A stretch of DNA of 64,000 bases from Candidatus Eremiobacteria bacterium (GCA_963758295.1 CAVWUU010000002.1:230555-294554), one strand, 5' to 3'; shown: positions 29,387-39,575, counted from the first letter of the stretch. The notes: generated by a model from the sequence alone, not told the origin. Numbers and translations are program-made.

Positions 29387-29434
29387 ATTCCTAGTTGACA
29401 GCTTCGCATAGCGCTGTTATTGTCAACTAGGAAT
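29387..29434 (+). promoter_or_regulatory. Sigma70 promoter (TTGACA-17-TATTGT) inside a perfect 14-bp inverted repeat, probable BlaI-type operator
   Basis: ATTCCTAGTTGACA-N20-TGTCAACTAGGAAT. The -35 is at 29395-400 and the -10 at 29418-23. Confidence 0.75.
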
Positions 29435-29446
29435 GTAGGAGGTACG

Positions 29447-29833
29447 ATGTCTAGGAAAAGGGCGCTGGTACTCACCGATCATGAGTTGCGGCTGATGGAA
29501 GTGCTGTGGAAGCGCGGGCCGTCAACGGTCTCCGAAGTGACTGCGGCCCTTGCGCCTCCGCCTTTGGCGTACAACACTGTGCTCTCTACGCTGCGCACGC
29601 TTGAACAAAAAACGTACGTGGGACACAAAGAAGCCGGCCGCGCGTTCGTCTATCATGCTCGAGTCGAACGAGATGAAGCGGCAAAATCGGCGGTCAGCCA
29701 CGTGATATCGCGTTTCTTCAGCAACTCTCCGAATGCACTGGCGCTGGCATTGCTCGACGAAGTTCCCGTAAGCGAAGCCGATCGCAAGCGCATTCGCAAA
29801 CTTCTCGAACATCCGGCAGAGGAATCAAGATGA
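29447..29833 (+). CDS. BlaI/MecI/CopY family repressor
   Basis: LTDHELRLMEVLW..LAYNTVLSTLRTLEQK..GRAFVY. ATG follows AGGAGG. Confidence 0.9.
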   Translation: MSRKRALVLTDHELRLMEVLWKRGPSTVSEVTAALAPPPLAYNTVLSTLRTLEQKTYVGHKEAGRAFVYHARVERDEAAKSAVSHVISRFFSNSPNALALALLDEVPVSEADRKRIRKLLEHPAEESR

Positions 29834-31590
29834 GTGACGCTCTGGGCCAGGCGGGTTTGGCAATTTCCGGCATGCTCTTTGCGAGTTTCTGGGAGGGCGC
29901 GATTATCGTCGTCGTGGTGTCGCTCTTCTTGCGCGCCTTCCCGAGACTGGGCGCATCAACGCGCTATGCAATCTGGCTGACCACGCTCATCATGCTCGTT
30001 GCAGCGCCGGTCTTCACCATCGCGTTCTCCGGGCAGCACAGCTCCGTCGCTTCGACGACTATAAATGCACCCGGAAGTGCAGAATCACGATCGGTTGCGA
30101 GCGCGACGCCAGTCACTTCGCCGCAATCGACAGAGAAGCGAGAATCGTCCGTCGCTACGGTTGCGCCCGTGCTGCAAACGCAGCGTATCGACATTCCGCT
30201 CGGTTTTTCGCTCGCGATCGCCGCGTTGTGGCTGACGCTCGGCGCAATACGCTTGGCGGTTTTATGGACGCACTTGAGAGAACTCGCCATTCTGCGCCGC
30301 GGCGCCGAACAATTGCGCAACGCGTTCGGCTATCCGGTTTTGGCATCGGAGTGCGCCAGCGTACCCTTGGCTATCGGCTTCATGCGCCCGGCTGTCGTGC
30401 TTCCCTCGTCTTTGATTGAGGAAACGTCGGCGCAGGCGCTCGATGCAATCGTAATGCACGAAGTCGCGCACCTAGGCCGTTACGATGTCTGGACGAACGC
30501 GTTGGCTCGCGTCCTGGAGGCATTGCTCGCACTAAATCCTCTGGCGTGGTTCGTGCTTGCAAGGCTCTCGGTAGAGCGCGAAATCGCCTGCGATGATTGG
30601 GTCGTCGCGCGGCTCGACGCGGGAGAAGTTTTTGCAAACGCGCTTGCGAAACTCGCTTGCCGTCCGGCGGCGTTCCGGTCGATCGCGGCGCCCAGCGCGA
30701 TTGGCTCAAGACATTCCGTCGTCACGCGCATCGAGCGACTACTAGACCGGCGCCCGCGTCGCTTACGACTTTCCGCCGTGGCGGTGGGCAGCGTGCTCAT
30801 CGTTCTGACGCTGTTCGCAACCGTCGTGCCGAATTTTTCTCCCGTGCTGGCATTTTCGCCGCATGCGTCTATCCCGCCATTCCCGCGCTGCGACCATCCG
30901 GCGCTTGTCGAAGGAACGAACTTGAACCTCCAGCCTACGGGCCGGTGGGCTCCCATCACGTTCGGTAATCAGGATCGGAAAGACCCGAAAAACACCGTGG
31001 TCGACGTGACGATCGATGCTCGAGGACACTTGACCCAAACGACTGTGCTGTCATCTCCGCATGAACGCGATGCCATGGCTGCAAGACGATTTCTGGCGAT
31101 GATGCACTATCGGCCTGCGGTCGTCAATTGCAAAGCCGTCGCCTCGACGAACCACCTTGCCTTCTATATCAGCCTCGCGCCCCCGGCCACGATCTCGGTT
31201 GTCCGCGCAGAGTATCCATTCGGATGGAGCAGCGGCCATCCGGAATCGTGCCGCGTGCCGGATCTCGTGCATAGCGGTATACCGGACGTACCGCTCGTTA
31301 CCACTAAGCCCGTAACGGCATCCGCACTCGTGCGCGTCGATGGGAGCGGCAAAGTCGTCAATGCAACGCTCACGCACGCGAGCGGCAATGCGAAGTATGA
31401 CAATGCATTACTTTCGGCAGCTCGAAGCGACACCTATCCGCTAGATGAGAGCACCGGGTTCAAACCGGTTCGTCCGAGCGGCGCATCGCTGTCGTGGAAT
31501 GCGACGCACGGCTACAGCGCGTATTCGAAATGCACGCCGCGCCCACGCGAGTACACTTGGACGACCACGTTCCCCGCTAAGGGCGATTAA
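29830..31590 (+). CDS. BlaR1-like M56 metallopeptidase with two TonB C-terminal-like domains
   Basis: TM helices, MHEVAH, WF..EREIACD and RIERLL. The C-terminus has VDVTIDARG..YRPA and ALVRVDGSGKV..SGNAKYDNALLSAAR. Confidence 0.8.
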   Translation: MSDALGQAGLAISGMLFASFWEGAIIVVVVSLFLRAFPRLGASTRYAIWLTTLIMLVAAPVFTIAFSGQHSSVASTTINAPGSAESRSVASATPVTSPQSTEKRESSVATVAPVLQTQRIDIPLGFSLAIAALWLTLGAIRLAVLWTHLRELAILRRGAEQLRNAFGYPVLASECASVPLAIGFMRPAVVLPSSLIEETSAQALDAIVMHEVAHLGRYDVWTNALARVLEALLALNPLAWFVLARLSVEREIACDDWVVARLDAGEVFANALAKLACRPAAFRSIAAPSAIGSRHSVVTRIERLLDRRPRRLRLSAVAVGSVLIVLTLFATVVPNFSPVLAFSPHASIPPFPRCDHPALVEGTNLNLQPTGRWAPITFGNQDRKDPKNTVVDVTIDARGHLTQTTVLSSPHERDAMAARRFLAMMHYRPAVVNCKAVASTNHLAFYISLAPPATISVVRAEYPFGWSSGHPESCRVPDLVHSGIPDVPLVTTKPVTASALVRVDGSGKVVNATLTHASGNAKYDNALLSAARSDTYPLDESTGFKPVRPSGASLSWNATHGYSAYSKCTPRPREYTWTTTFPAKGD

Positions 31591-31620
31591 CGGCCAGAAA
31601 TCATTCGAAAGGGCGGTCAA

Positions 31621-32160
31621 ATGGAGCATGACGGCTCGGACTATTGCCCGATACTTTACGGCGAACGCGTCGTGCTTCACCCGCTGCGTGCCGAGCATGC
31701 CGAGGTGCTCTTCCCGATTCTGAGCGACGTTGAACTCTGGCACTACGCGCCCGCGCCACAATCCAAATCGGTCGATGAGCTGCGCGCTCGCTTTGCGCGC
31801 CTCGAATCAAGACGCAGTCCTGATGGTCGCGAGCACTGGTTCAACTGGGTCATCGAAGACAAGGCGAGCGGGAGTATCCACGGATATGTCCAGAGCACGG
31901 TCGATGAAGCATTGGGCGAGGCGAGCGTCGCCTACGTGCTTGGGCGCGCTTCTTGGGGCCGAGGCTTGGCGTCGGATGCCGTTGGCCCGATGCTCGGACA
32001 CCTGAAAGGGATCGGCGTAACGACGTTTCTGGCGAACGTCGACTCGCGCAATCACCGCTCGACCCGGCTGCTCGAGTCCTTCGGATTCCGCATAATCGAC
32101 GCGCAGGACCCGGCCACCGTCCGCTACGCTCTTGCGGCGTCCGATCTCAGGCCAAGCTAA
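31621..32160 (+). CDS. GNAT (RimJ/RimL-like) N-acetyltransferase
   Basis: VAYVL..WGRGLA and NHRSTRLLESFGF. Confidence 0.85.
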   Translation: MEHDGSDYCPILYGERVVLHPLRAEHAEVLFPILSDVELWHYAPAPQSKSVDELRARFARLESRRSPDGREHWFNWVIEDKASGSIHGYVQSTVDEALGEASVAYVLGRASWGRGLASDAVGPMLGHLKGIGVTTFLANVDSRNHRSTRLLESFGFRIIDAQDPATVRYALAASDLRPS

Positions 32161-32205
32161 CAGTCACTATATAGTGACGTTGCCGGCGCGCATACGCCAA
32201 GGGAC

Positions 32206-32919
32206 TCACTGCACTCGTTCGTGCGGCGCTGAAACCAAAGCCCCGAAAGGCATGCCGTCGGAAATGCCGCTAATCGCAGCAATGCGCTCTAAAACTCGCG
32301 GAGCCTCGGCGCCTAAAAGTGCGTACGCGCGACAAAGTTCTTGCACTTCACGTATCTGCACTTGCAGACGCTGCATCAGGATGACATCGAGTTGGATTGC
32401 GACGTGCTCGAGCGCGTAGCTCATCGCCTCCGTCTCGTCGGGCGTGTACGTTTCTCGTACGCGGCGCTTGCCGCATGCTGCGAACCCGATCAACTCGCCT
32501 CGCGCAAGCATTGGAAATACAAGCTCGGCCACAACCGAAGATTTGCCGTCAGGGACGTATTGCGGTGTGCGGGTGTCCTTGAGCGCGAGTACGGTTGAAT
32601 CGTCGCCGGACACGTGTGAAACCGCGGAATTCTCGGGCCAGCTGGCGCCCAGCGCAAAATCGCCGTCGCTTCGCGCTAAGTAAAGCGCAGCGTGCTGCGC
32701 TCTCGCGTAGTCGGTGAGTGCGCGAACGGTACGCTCTTGCAACGTAACCTCGTCCGTGATAAAGGCAGCACGGCGCCCGAACGAGCGAAGCGCCTCCTCC
32801 GCTTCGTATCGTGCACGGAAGATTAGGCGATCGGCAAAACCGCCGACATGCCGGTGCAGCGTGCGCATTCCCACTCCGATTGCGAGAGCGGAGCCCAGCG
32901 TGATAATCGTCCCGGTCAA
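32206..32919 (-). CDS. GAF-domain membrane protein, possibly N-terminally truncated
   Basis: One TM, then ELVFPMLARGELIGFAACGKR..YTPDE. Confidence 0.6.
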   Translation of the reverse strand: MTGTIITLGSALAIGVGMRTLHRHVGGFADRLIFRARYEAEEALRSFGRRAAFITDEVTLQERTVRALTDYARAQHAALYLARSDGDFALGASWPENSAVSHVSGDDSTVLALKDTRTPQYVPDGKSSVVAELVFPMLARGELIGFAACGKRRVRETYTPDETEAMSYALEHVAIQLDVILMQRLQVQIREVQELCRAYALLGAEAPRVLERIAAISGISDGMPFGALVSAPHERVQ

Positions 32920-33032
32920 TCGGTGCGTTCAATATTCGGAGCGTTTCGCTACGCACGATCAGTCGAGCCCTCGGCGAACAGAAGATTGCGATCGCCGTCG
33001 ACATTAGAAGCCTCAATGTTTTCAACAAATAC

Positions 33033-33704
33033 TTGATTACGAGTTTGGCGCAGCTCGCGGACATATGGAACGATCCATCGGCCATGATGTCGCAAGCTGA
33101 ATTCAGTTCGCTCTACTCCTATTTAAAGTCATGCGGCGTCTATCTTAAAGTAAACGCGGACCAGAAGTCTGGTGTCCTCATCGGCACCGCGAACTCCCTC
33201 GCCGGTGTTTCGGCAGGACAATTAACCGACGACGGGCTTCACATTCTCGAAGGCGACGGGGGAGCGCAATTCAAGACTGGACTGACCGAAGCTGGCGATG
33301 CCATGATCGGATTTGGCGGCGCCCTGGCCGCTGCAGGTGCCGTTCCCGAACCGGCGTCGCCCGGTCTCATCCTCGTCGGCGGTGGAATTGCAGCTTTCGG
33401 AGCCGGTATCGTGGCCACCGTCGCAATCTTCGACCTTCTTCAAGGCTACCAAAATACGCCCGCAAAAAAGCCGACATCGAGCAACGATAGCACCGACGAT
33501 ACCGAGCCCGACGGTGAGGACGTCAGCGTTCCTGATGGAACGGTTTACGGTGAAGTTGAGGGAGATGCTCAGCAATTGGCGGACGGAATCGTATCCTTAG
33601 ACCTAACAGGCATGCCTGACAACTTCAATGATGGACAGACAATCTCGATCCCCGGCTTCTCTGGCTCTGACAGTGGAGGCGATGGTGAGGGGGGCTCTGG
33701 CTAG
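33033..33704 (+). CDS. Hypothetical protein with Gly/Ala hydrophobic hairpin and acidic tail
   Basis: GFGGALAAAGAVPEPASPGLILVGGGIAAFGAGIV followed by a D/E/G-rich C-terminus. Confidence 0.55.
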   Translation: MITSLAQLADIWNDPSAMMSQAEFSSLYSYLKSCGVYLKVNADQKSGVLIGTANSLAGVSAGQLTDDGLHILEGDGGAQFKTGLTEAGDAMIGFGGALAAAGAVPEPASPGLILVGGGIAAFGAGIVATVAIFDLLQGYQNTPAKKPTSSNDSTDDTEPDGEDVSVPDGTVYGEVEGDAQQLADGIVSLDLTGMPDNFNDGQTISIPGFSGSDSGGDGEGGSG

Positions 33705-34085
33705 GGCGATTTCGGTGATGACGGCGGTGATGGAAGCTGGGGCGTTGGTTGAGTAACGCAATTCGGAGCGGGATCAGCGCGCGCTACGCGACTCGAGTAG
33801 ACACACTTAGTAACTCGTCGATCTTTGTGTTTCCCAACGCTCGAAGAGCCTTTCCAGGTGTATCCATCGTTGACCAAGCTCTTGGCGAATTCGACGTCTA
33901 CCAGCTCGTAACGAGCCGCATCAGCTAACCGGTAAGTAACTAAGAAGTCGGGAAATCCGCGGCGATTCACAGTGCCGACTGAGACGGCCAAGGACCGGCA
34001 TTTCCGCTTCCCAACAACGCGATTAACGTAAGTCGATGATGAGCGCGACCCAGGAACCGCGAGTACCCCAGTTGGAGCACACGCC

Positions 34086-34712
34086 ATGCCGTTTCAAAAC
34101 CGTGTTACGCCCGCCGGCGCCATTGTGGCCCTTCCGGGCCGCGGAATGTTTATGGGAAACCGGGGCGTCTTGCACGACGAGCAAAAATGCATCGTCCGCC
34201 CCTGGCAAGTGAAGCGCTGGATTTGCTGCGTAACGGAATTCCGCGGACGCCGGCGCGAAATTATGGCACCGCACCGGTGGACCGAGCTCTTTTTTCTGGA
34301 CGAAGCCGCGGCATTGGCGGCCGGCCACCGCCCCTGCGCCGAATGCCGGAACGCCGATTACAAACGCTTTCGAGGCGTTTGGGAAGCGGAGTTCGGTAAG
34401 GTCCGGAGCGTGGACGAGATCGATGCAGTGCTCCATGCGGAGCGGCTTAACGGGCGTGCGAAACGCACGTACACGGCCGATATTGGCCTGCTACCGGACG
34501 GCACGTACGTCTCGCACGACGGCAGGTCGTATTTACTGTGCGGAGGTAAAATGGCGGCGTGGACGGACGCCGGATACGAAAAACCGCTCGCGCGTCCCGC
34601 GAACGGTTTCGTTGAAGTTCTCACGCCGAAGTCTATCGTGACCGTGTTGAAGTCCGGCTACACCCCGTGCGTGCATCCGACGTTTCTGCGGCGCGATCGA
34701 ACGCCCGCTTAG
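34086..34712 (+). CDS. Conserved hypothetical protein with Ada-like Zn-binding motif
   Basis: MGNRGVLH, WICC and FFLDEAAALAAGHRPCAECR. Confidence 0.7.
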   Translation: MPFQNRVTPAGAIVALPGRGMFMGNRGVLHDEQKCIVRPWQVKRWICCVTEFRGRRREIMAPHRWTELFFLDEAAALAAGHRPCAECRNADYKRFRGVWEAEFGKVRSVDEIDAVLHAERLNGRAKRTYTADIGLLPDGTYVSHDGRSYLLCGGKMAAWTDAGYEKPLARPANGFVEVLTPKSIVTVLKSGYTPCVHPTFLRRDRTPA

Positions 34713-35506
34713 AACTCGATGTAGAAGTTTACGTTCGGAAGCGATTTGGGGAACGTCGGTCCAACAAGCACGTAGATCACTTCATGCGAGTAGATTGCGA
34801 CGGAATGCGGATCGGCGGTGTACAACTTCAGCGTCGTCCACGGCACGGTCAATTTCGAACCGCCGCCTCCGCGGAAAACTTGTCCCGACGTGTACACACG
34901 TACCGGGCCTTGGAACGGCCCGAATTGATTCGCGTTAACCGTTAAGCCCCAAACATCGAGCAAGTCGCCGAGCTTATGTAGAGAAACCGAGTTCGGTTGA
35001 TGCGCCTCGTTGATGTCTTCGACGTGGATGATCCCGCTCGAGTCGTGAATGTGCGTGTAGTAGTAGCACTTCGCCGTATCTACGAAACCGCGGGAATCGG
35101 GATGGCTAGGCATTCTCATGCCGACGCCCCACGGCAACGCGTATTGCACGCCGTTGACGAAGACGCCGAGATAGGCGTGCACGTGGTAGCCGTTGTCGTA
35201 CATCACCGGCGCGCAGGGCATGCCGTCGACGGTCTGTCCCTGTCCGCCGCTGCTGGTGTTTCCGGACGCGGGAGAAAACTTGTCGGCAACGCCTTCCGTT
35301 ACGCCGAGTTGCGTATCGATCGTGGAAGTCGCCGGCAGCAGCGGCGCAGGCGTTGGCGTGGGTGTAGCGGGCGACGAACTTGACGGCGTTCCGCCGGGCC
35401 CGTTAGGCACTGTTGAGGATGGACCGCCGCCGCCGCCACCGCCGCACCCAACAAGCAATGCCGTTGTTGCGCCGAACAACGCGGCACAAAATAGGATTTG
35501 CTTCAT
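34709..35506 (-). CDS. His-rich lipoprotein
   Basis: Lipobox LLVGC plus poly-Gly, YHVHAYL and CYYYTHIHDSSGIIHVE. Confidence 0.7.
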   Translation of the reverse strand: MKQILFCAALFGATTALLVGCGGGGGGGPSSTVPNGPGGTPSSSSPATPTPTPAPLLPATSTIDTQLGVTEGVADKFSPASGNTSSGGQGQTVDGMPCAPVMYDNGYHVHAYLGVFVNGVQYALPWGVGMRMPSHPDSRGFVDTAKCYYYTHIHDSSGIIHVEDINEAHQPNSVSLHKLGDLLDVWGLTVNANQFGPFQGPVRVYTSGQVFRGGGGSKLTVPWTTLKLYTADPHSVAIYSHEVIYVLVGPTFPKSLPNVNFYIEF

Positions 35507-35623
35507 GACGTCCCATCCTGGCTCCGACCCAGTGACCGGGGCAAGAGCACCCTCGGGCAGTTGTTTTGGGACTTTAGTCACGCCGTTCAGAGTTTCTTCA
35601 TATCCGAGCGCGAAGGTACAAGC

Positions 35624-36022
35624 ATGAGGTACATTGCTTTAATAGTTGCCGCGGCTTTCGCCGTGCTGCCCGCGGTTGGGACTGCCGGAGACGTGCAAGC
35701 GCTAAAAATTCCCATGCATGCCCTCAACGGCAGCAACGAAAATGGGACGGCGGTCCTTACGCAGGTCTCCGGCGGCGTCCGCGTCACCGTCGAACTCGAG
35801 AATGCGCCCGATCAAGCTCAACCGACGCACATCCATATTGGGACGTGCGCTGCAATCAACAAAGCTCCGGAATACGCGCTGGAGTCCACCGTCAAAGGGC
35901 GGTCGACAACCGTCGTACGCGGTGTTTCGCTGAAAGATCTGCTAAGCCAGCACTACGCCGTAAACGTTCATAAGAGTGCCGACGACCTCGGCACCTACGC
36001 TTCCTGCGGCGATATTCAGTAA
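35624..36022 (+). CDS. Secreted CHRD / Cu-Zn SOD-like domain protein
   Basis: Signal peptide, QPTHIHIGTC, YAVNVH and ASCGDI. Confidence 0.65.
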   Translation: MRYIALIVAAAFAVLPAVGTAGDVQALKIPMHALNGSNENGTAVLTQVSGGVRVTVELENAPDQAQPTHIHIGTCAAINKAPEYALESTVKGRSTTVVRGVSLKDLLSQHYAVNVHKSADDLGTYASCGDIQ

Positions 36023-36033
36023 AAAAAGAACTG

Positions 36034-37770
36034 CTACGACGCAGCCAGTCGCAGTCCGAAAGATTGCGGCTGGCGATCGTCCGCGGTTTCGCGCTTGCGC
36101 GCATCGCCATGGACCGGAAGCGTTACGGCGATATGGCTGCCGCGGCCGGGGAGGTGTTTGACTTCAACGGATTCTGCGAGCATGGTAATAAGGAATAAGC
36201 CGCGTCCGGACTCGCACCAAATATCCACCGGAAGCTTCGGATCGTAGTTAAAGCCGGCGCCTTCATCGATTACGTGCAAATGCACATCATCGCCCTCGCA
36301 CTCGAGCGTCAGGCTCAGTGCGCCGGGCGCATGCCGTACGCAGTTTCCGATAAGTTCAGCAAAGATCAACTCGCATGACTGTAGATCGTCCACCGAGATA
36401 TCGGGGACGGCCTTCGCAAGCGTATTCAAGAAATCGGCTTTCACCGCGTAAGCGGCACGCGGGTCACCGGCATCCAATCGCCAGCGGAACGCTTCGGAGC
36501 CGAACCGCACCGCCATAATGGCGATGTCGTCTCGCGGAACGTCCCCGCAAAGCGCACGTTCTACAAAGCGTGACGGGTTCGCCGCATGCAAAACGCTGTC
36601 GTAGCCGAGCACCTCTTTGAGCATCGCTTCGCCTGCCACGGCATCGCGCCGAATTTCGGTAACGCCGTCCGTGTACAGCACGAGCAGTGACCCGTCTTCC
36701 ATTTGCATGCGATACGTTTCCGGCACAAAGTCGTGATCGATGCCGAGCGGCGGCGACGCCTGCGCCAATTGTTCGATGCTTCCGTCGGGGCGGCGGCAAA
36801 ACGGCGGCGTGTGACCTGCCGACGCGTAATTCACTTCATGGGTACCCGGATCGATCACGCCAATGAACGCTGTCGCCAATTGCTGGCTCGGGTCGATCAA
36901 CAGCGCTTCGTTAACCAGCTGCAACATTTGCGCCGGATCTTCCGACGCCACCGATGCGATGCGGATTGCCTGGCGGATCTGCACCATCATGCGCGCGGCT
37001 TCGACGCCTTTGCCGGCGACGTCGCCTATGGTCATAAGGATCTTTCCGTTGCGCATTTTGAACGCGTCGTACCAGTCGCCGCCAAGCTCCGCTTCGCTCA
37101 AGGCCGGACGATATATCGCGTAAAAATGCAGGGTCTCGTTATTTGGAAATTCGCGCGTTAGGAAGGCGCGTTGAAGCGTCGCCGCGACATGCTGCTCCCG
37201 TTGATATTGCTTCGCGTTCGCGATGGCGATGCCGGCGCGACGCCCAAGCTCCTGCGCTAACTCCACGTCCGAGTCGTCGAACCGTCCACCCTCGCGCGTA
37301 AGCACGAACGTTAAAGCGCCAAAGATTTCACCGTGCGCCATGACGGGCACGACGATCTTCGACCGATATCCGAGTTCCCGCATGTACTCTGCGTGCTGGC
37401 GTGAGGCGGCGTGCGCAACAATAACTTCTTCGTTCAGCTCGGGAAGATAAAAGACGTGCCCGGTGCGCGAGACTTCGAGAACCGGATGCGTGCGGAACTC
37501 CGAATTGTAGAGCAGGCCCTCGACCTTTTTGATCAGGCGCTCCAGCTTAGGGTCGTGATGGGCTCCCGCGGTTACGTAGAGGCGGTCCGATCGCTCGTCG
37601 ATCAAATCGAAAAGACACAGGTCCGAAAACGACTCGACCGCAAGACGGGCGACGTTGTAGAGCGTTTGCTCGATGTCAAGCGACCGGTGGAACATTTCCC
37701 CGGCCCGAACCAAGAGCATTAAGCGCTCATGCGTACGCTCAGCGGCCGTACGAGTCTCAACTACGGACAT
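36034..37770 (-). CDS. GAF + SpoIIE/RsbU PP2C phosphatase + RsbW-like HATPase fusion
   Basis: GAF region, then GGDWYD, GDVAGKG, SAGH, YTDGV and DDIA, then ELIGNCVRHA, DEGAGF and ESGRGL. Confidence 0.85.
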   Translation of the reverse strand: MSVVETRTAAERTHERLMLLVRAGEMFHRSLDIEQTLYNVARLAVESFSDLCLFDLIDERSDRLYVTAGAHHDPKLERLIKKVEGLLYNSEFRTHPVLEVSRTGHVFYLPELNEEVIVAHAASRQHAEYMRELGYRSKIVVPVMAHGEIFGALTFVLTREGGRFDDSDVELAQELGRRAGIAIANAKQYQREQHVAATLQRAFLTREFPNNETLHFYAIYRPALSEAELGGDWYDAFKMRNGKILMTIGDVAGKGVEAARMMVQIRQAIRIASVASEDPAQMLQLVNEALLIDPSQQLATAFIGVIDPGTHEVNYASAGHTPPFCRRPDGSIEQLAQASPPLGIDHDFVPETYRMQMEDGSLLVLYTDGVTEIRRDAVAGEAMLKEVLGYDSVLHAANPSRFVERALCGDVPRDDIAIMAVRFGSEAFRWRLDAGDPRAAYAVKADFLNTLAKAVPDISVDDLQSCELIFAELIGNCVRHAPGALSLTLECEGDDVHLHVIDEGAGFNYDPKLPVDIWCESGRGLFLITMLAESVEVKHLPGRGSHIAVTLPVHGDARKRETADDRQPQSFGLRLAAS

Positions 37771-37830
37771 CTCACCCCGGCACGAAACAACGCGCGGCAA
37801 GCCAAAATGAATGCCATGCTAAACGATCTT

Positions 37831-37856
37831 ATACCCGCATGCGCTTTTCGGAAAAC
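37831..37856 (-). promoter_or_regulatory. SigB-type promoter candidate
   Basis: GTTT-N16-GGGTAT upstream of the PP2C/HATPase gene. Confidence 0.55.
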
Positions 37857-37924
37857 CCCCGGAACCAGAAAAGCGGCTGCCGGCTAGTCGTTTCGGCTCG
37901 CGCTTATTACGGAAATGGTAGCGG

Positions 37925-38173
37925 ATGGCACAAATCGCTTTCGAGTACAAGATCGTCACCGGCCGGGCGAACGACGAGCTCGCGCACCAGCTGGGCGCCT
38001 TGAGCGGTGCCGCCGGCTGGCAAGTCGCCGCTATGTCTGCGCTCGAGAAGGAACTTGTGGTGCTTTTGAAGCGTGAGAAAGATTTCGAGGTCGCGCAGTC
38101 CCTGCAGCAAGCCTTAGAAGACGCGATCGAAGAGCCGCCCGGCGTCACGGACGCCGTGGGCCACGAGCGTTGA
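37925..38173 (+). CDS. Small hypothetical protein
   Basis: 82-aa ORF (FEYKIV..GWQV) followed by a terminator. Confidence 0.55.
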   Translation: MAQIAFEYKIVTGRANDELAHQLGALSGAAGWQVAAMSALEKELVVLLKREKDFEVAQSLQQALEDAIEEPPGVTDAVGHER

Positions 38174-38193
38174 ACCTTAGCGAAAGGATGGGC

Positions 38194-38221
38194 GAAGGCC
38201 CGGCGATTACGCCGGGCCTTC
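38194..38221. terminator. Hairpin between convergent genes
   Basis: GAAGGCCCGGCG-ATTA-CGCCGGGCCTTC. Confidence 0.7.
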
Positions 38222-38230
38222 TTGCCGGCA

Positions 38231-39511
38231 TCAGGAAATCTTGGCGTCTTGTCTCGTCGCTTCTCTAGAACTTGAAGTAACCTCGCCGCGCTCTGAAGTT
38301 TGGCCTTTACGTAGGCCCGGTTTAATTACGACCTTGGTATACCCGTCGCTTCGCAGATCGAACTTCTCGTAGGCCCCCGGCGCGTCCTCAATGGCGATGC
38401 GATGACTGATTATCATGCTCGGCTTCGCGAGCCCCGCGACGATCGATCCACGCAAATATTCGTTGTAGCGCTTCACCGGCGCCTGTCCGGTCTCAAAGGA
38501 CAGGCCTTTATTCCAGGCTTGCCCCAGTGCCAACGTAAACTTGCCTTGCTTTTCGTTTTCATCGACGCCGCGCGGATCTTCTTTGAAATAGACGCCGATG
38601 ACGCCCACGTGTCCGGTTGGATTCGTGACGGCGATGCAGTTGTTGAGGACTTGTTGCGGATCCTGGCGTTGTCCGGGAGCATCGTCGGCATACGATTCAT
38701 AGCCGACCGCATCAATACTGCACATCACGCCCGGCATTTTGTCGCCGGCGCCGGGTCGCAAATTTTGCACTTGTTGCCGGTGCGGCTTGCGCATTTCGAC
38801 GATCTGCTCGACGGGATTTCCTTTTGAGAAATCGACCGGCACCGCGCCTTCGATCTTCTTCACCAGCGCCAAACGCTCGGGGACGCAGTCGACGATGTAG
38901 ATTTCCGACGCCCCTTTGAGTCGCGCGCTCAACCCGGCCATGAGGCCGACGGGACCCGCACCGAAGATTGCAACCGTATCGCCCTGCCGCACGTGCGCCT
39001 GTTCGGTTGCGTGAAATCCTGTGGGGAACACGTCGGCGAGCAGCACGAAATCATCTTCCAATTCGTCGCCCGGCGTGCCCGGTAATTTGAGGCAGTTGTA
39101 ATCCGCGTAGGGAACGCGGACGAAGTCGGCTTGTCCGCCGGGATACGGGCCCAAGCCGGAGTAGCCGAAGCCGCCGCCGTGCGATTGCGGGTTGGTCGTG
39201 AGACACGCATTTGAGTACCCGCGCTCGCAATTGAAACAGAAGCCGCACGCAATGTTGAACGGCAGCACCACGCGGTCGCCTTTTTTGACTTGGGTCACCG
39301 ACGGACCGATTTCTTCGACGATGCCGAGGTTTTCGTGACCGAAAATCGTACCGGGCTGCACGGGTGTTCGCCCTTCGTACATATGCAGATCGCTTCCACA
39401 AATCGCGGTGGTAGTAAGACGAATGATTGCGTCGTTCGCGTCTTGAATTTTCGGGTCGTCGACGTTTTCAACGGCGACTTTTCGTGGTTCTTTCCAGACA
39501 ACTGCGCGCAC
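38231..39511 (-). CDS. fdhA: Glutathione-independent formaldehyde dehydrogenase family Zn-dependent dehydrogenase
   Basis: ICGSDLHMY, GHE, CGFCFNC..C, LADVFPTG, GAGPVG and IDAVGY. Confidence 0.85.
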   Translation of the reverse strand: MRAVVWKEPRKVAVENVDDPKIQDANDAIIRLTTTAICGSDLHMYEGRTPVQPGTIFGHENLGIVEEIGPSVTQVKKGDRVVLPFNIACGFCFNCERGYSNACLTTNPQSHGGGFGYSGLGPYPGGQADFVRVPYADYNCLKLPGTPGDELEDDFVLLADVFPTGFHATEQAHVRQGDTVAIFGAGPVGLMAGLSARLKGASEIYIVDCVPERLALVKKIEGAVPVDFSKGNPVEQIVEMRKPHRQQVQNLRPGAGDKMPGVMCSIDAVGYESYADDAPGQRQDPQQVLNNCIAVTNPTGHVGVIGVYFKEDPRGVDENEKQGKFTLALGQAWNKGLSFETGQAPVKRYNEYLRGSIVAGLAKPSMIISHRIAIEDAPGAYEKFDLRSDGYTKVVIKPGLRKGQTSERGEVTSSSREATRQDAKIS

Positions 39512-39575
39512 TTTTTAGCTCCTAAAACGTTTAGATGCCGCCATATGCCCGCGACTTTGGAAAAATGCACGCAAC

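Noticed and set aside
29830..31590. Beta-lactam resistance sensor BlaR1
   Set aside because: No penicillin-binding domain and no adjacent beta-lactamase.
33339..33430. PEP-CTERM sorting signal (VPEPAS)
   Set aside because: The motif is internal, has no basic cluster after the hydrophobic segment, and the protein has no signal peptide.
33701..34087. 128-aa minus-strand ORF
   Set aside because: No recognisable motif or RBS, and it overlaps both neighbours.
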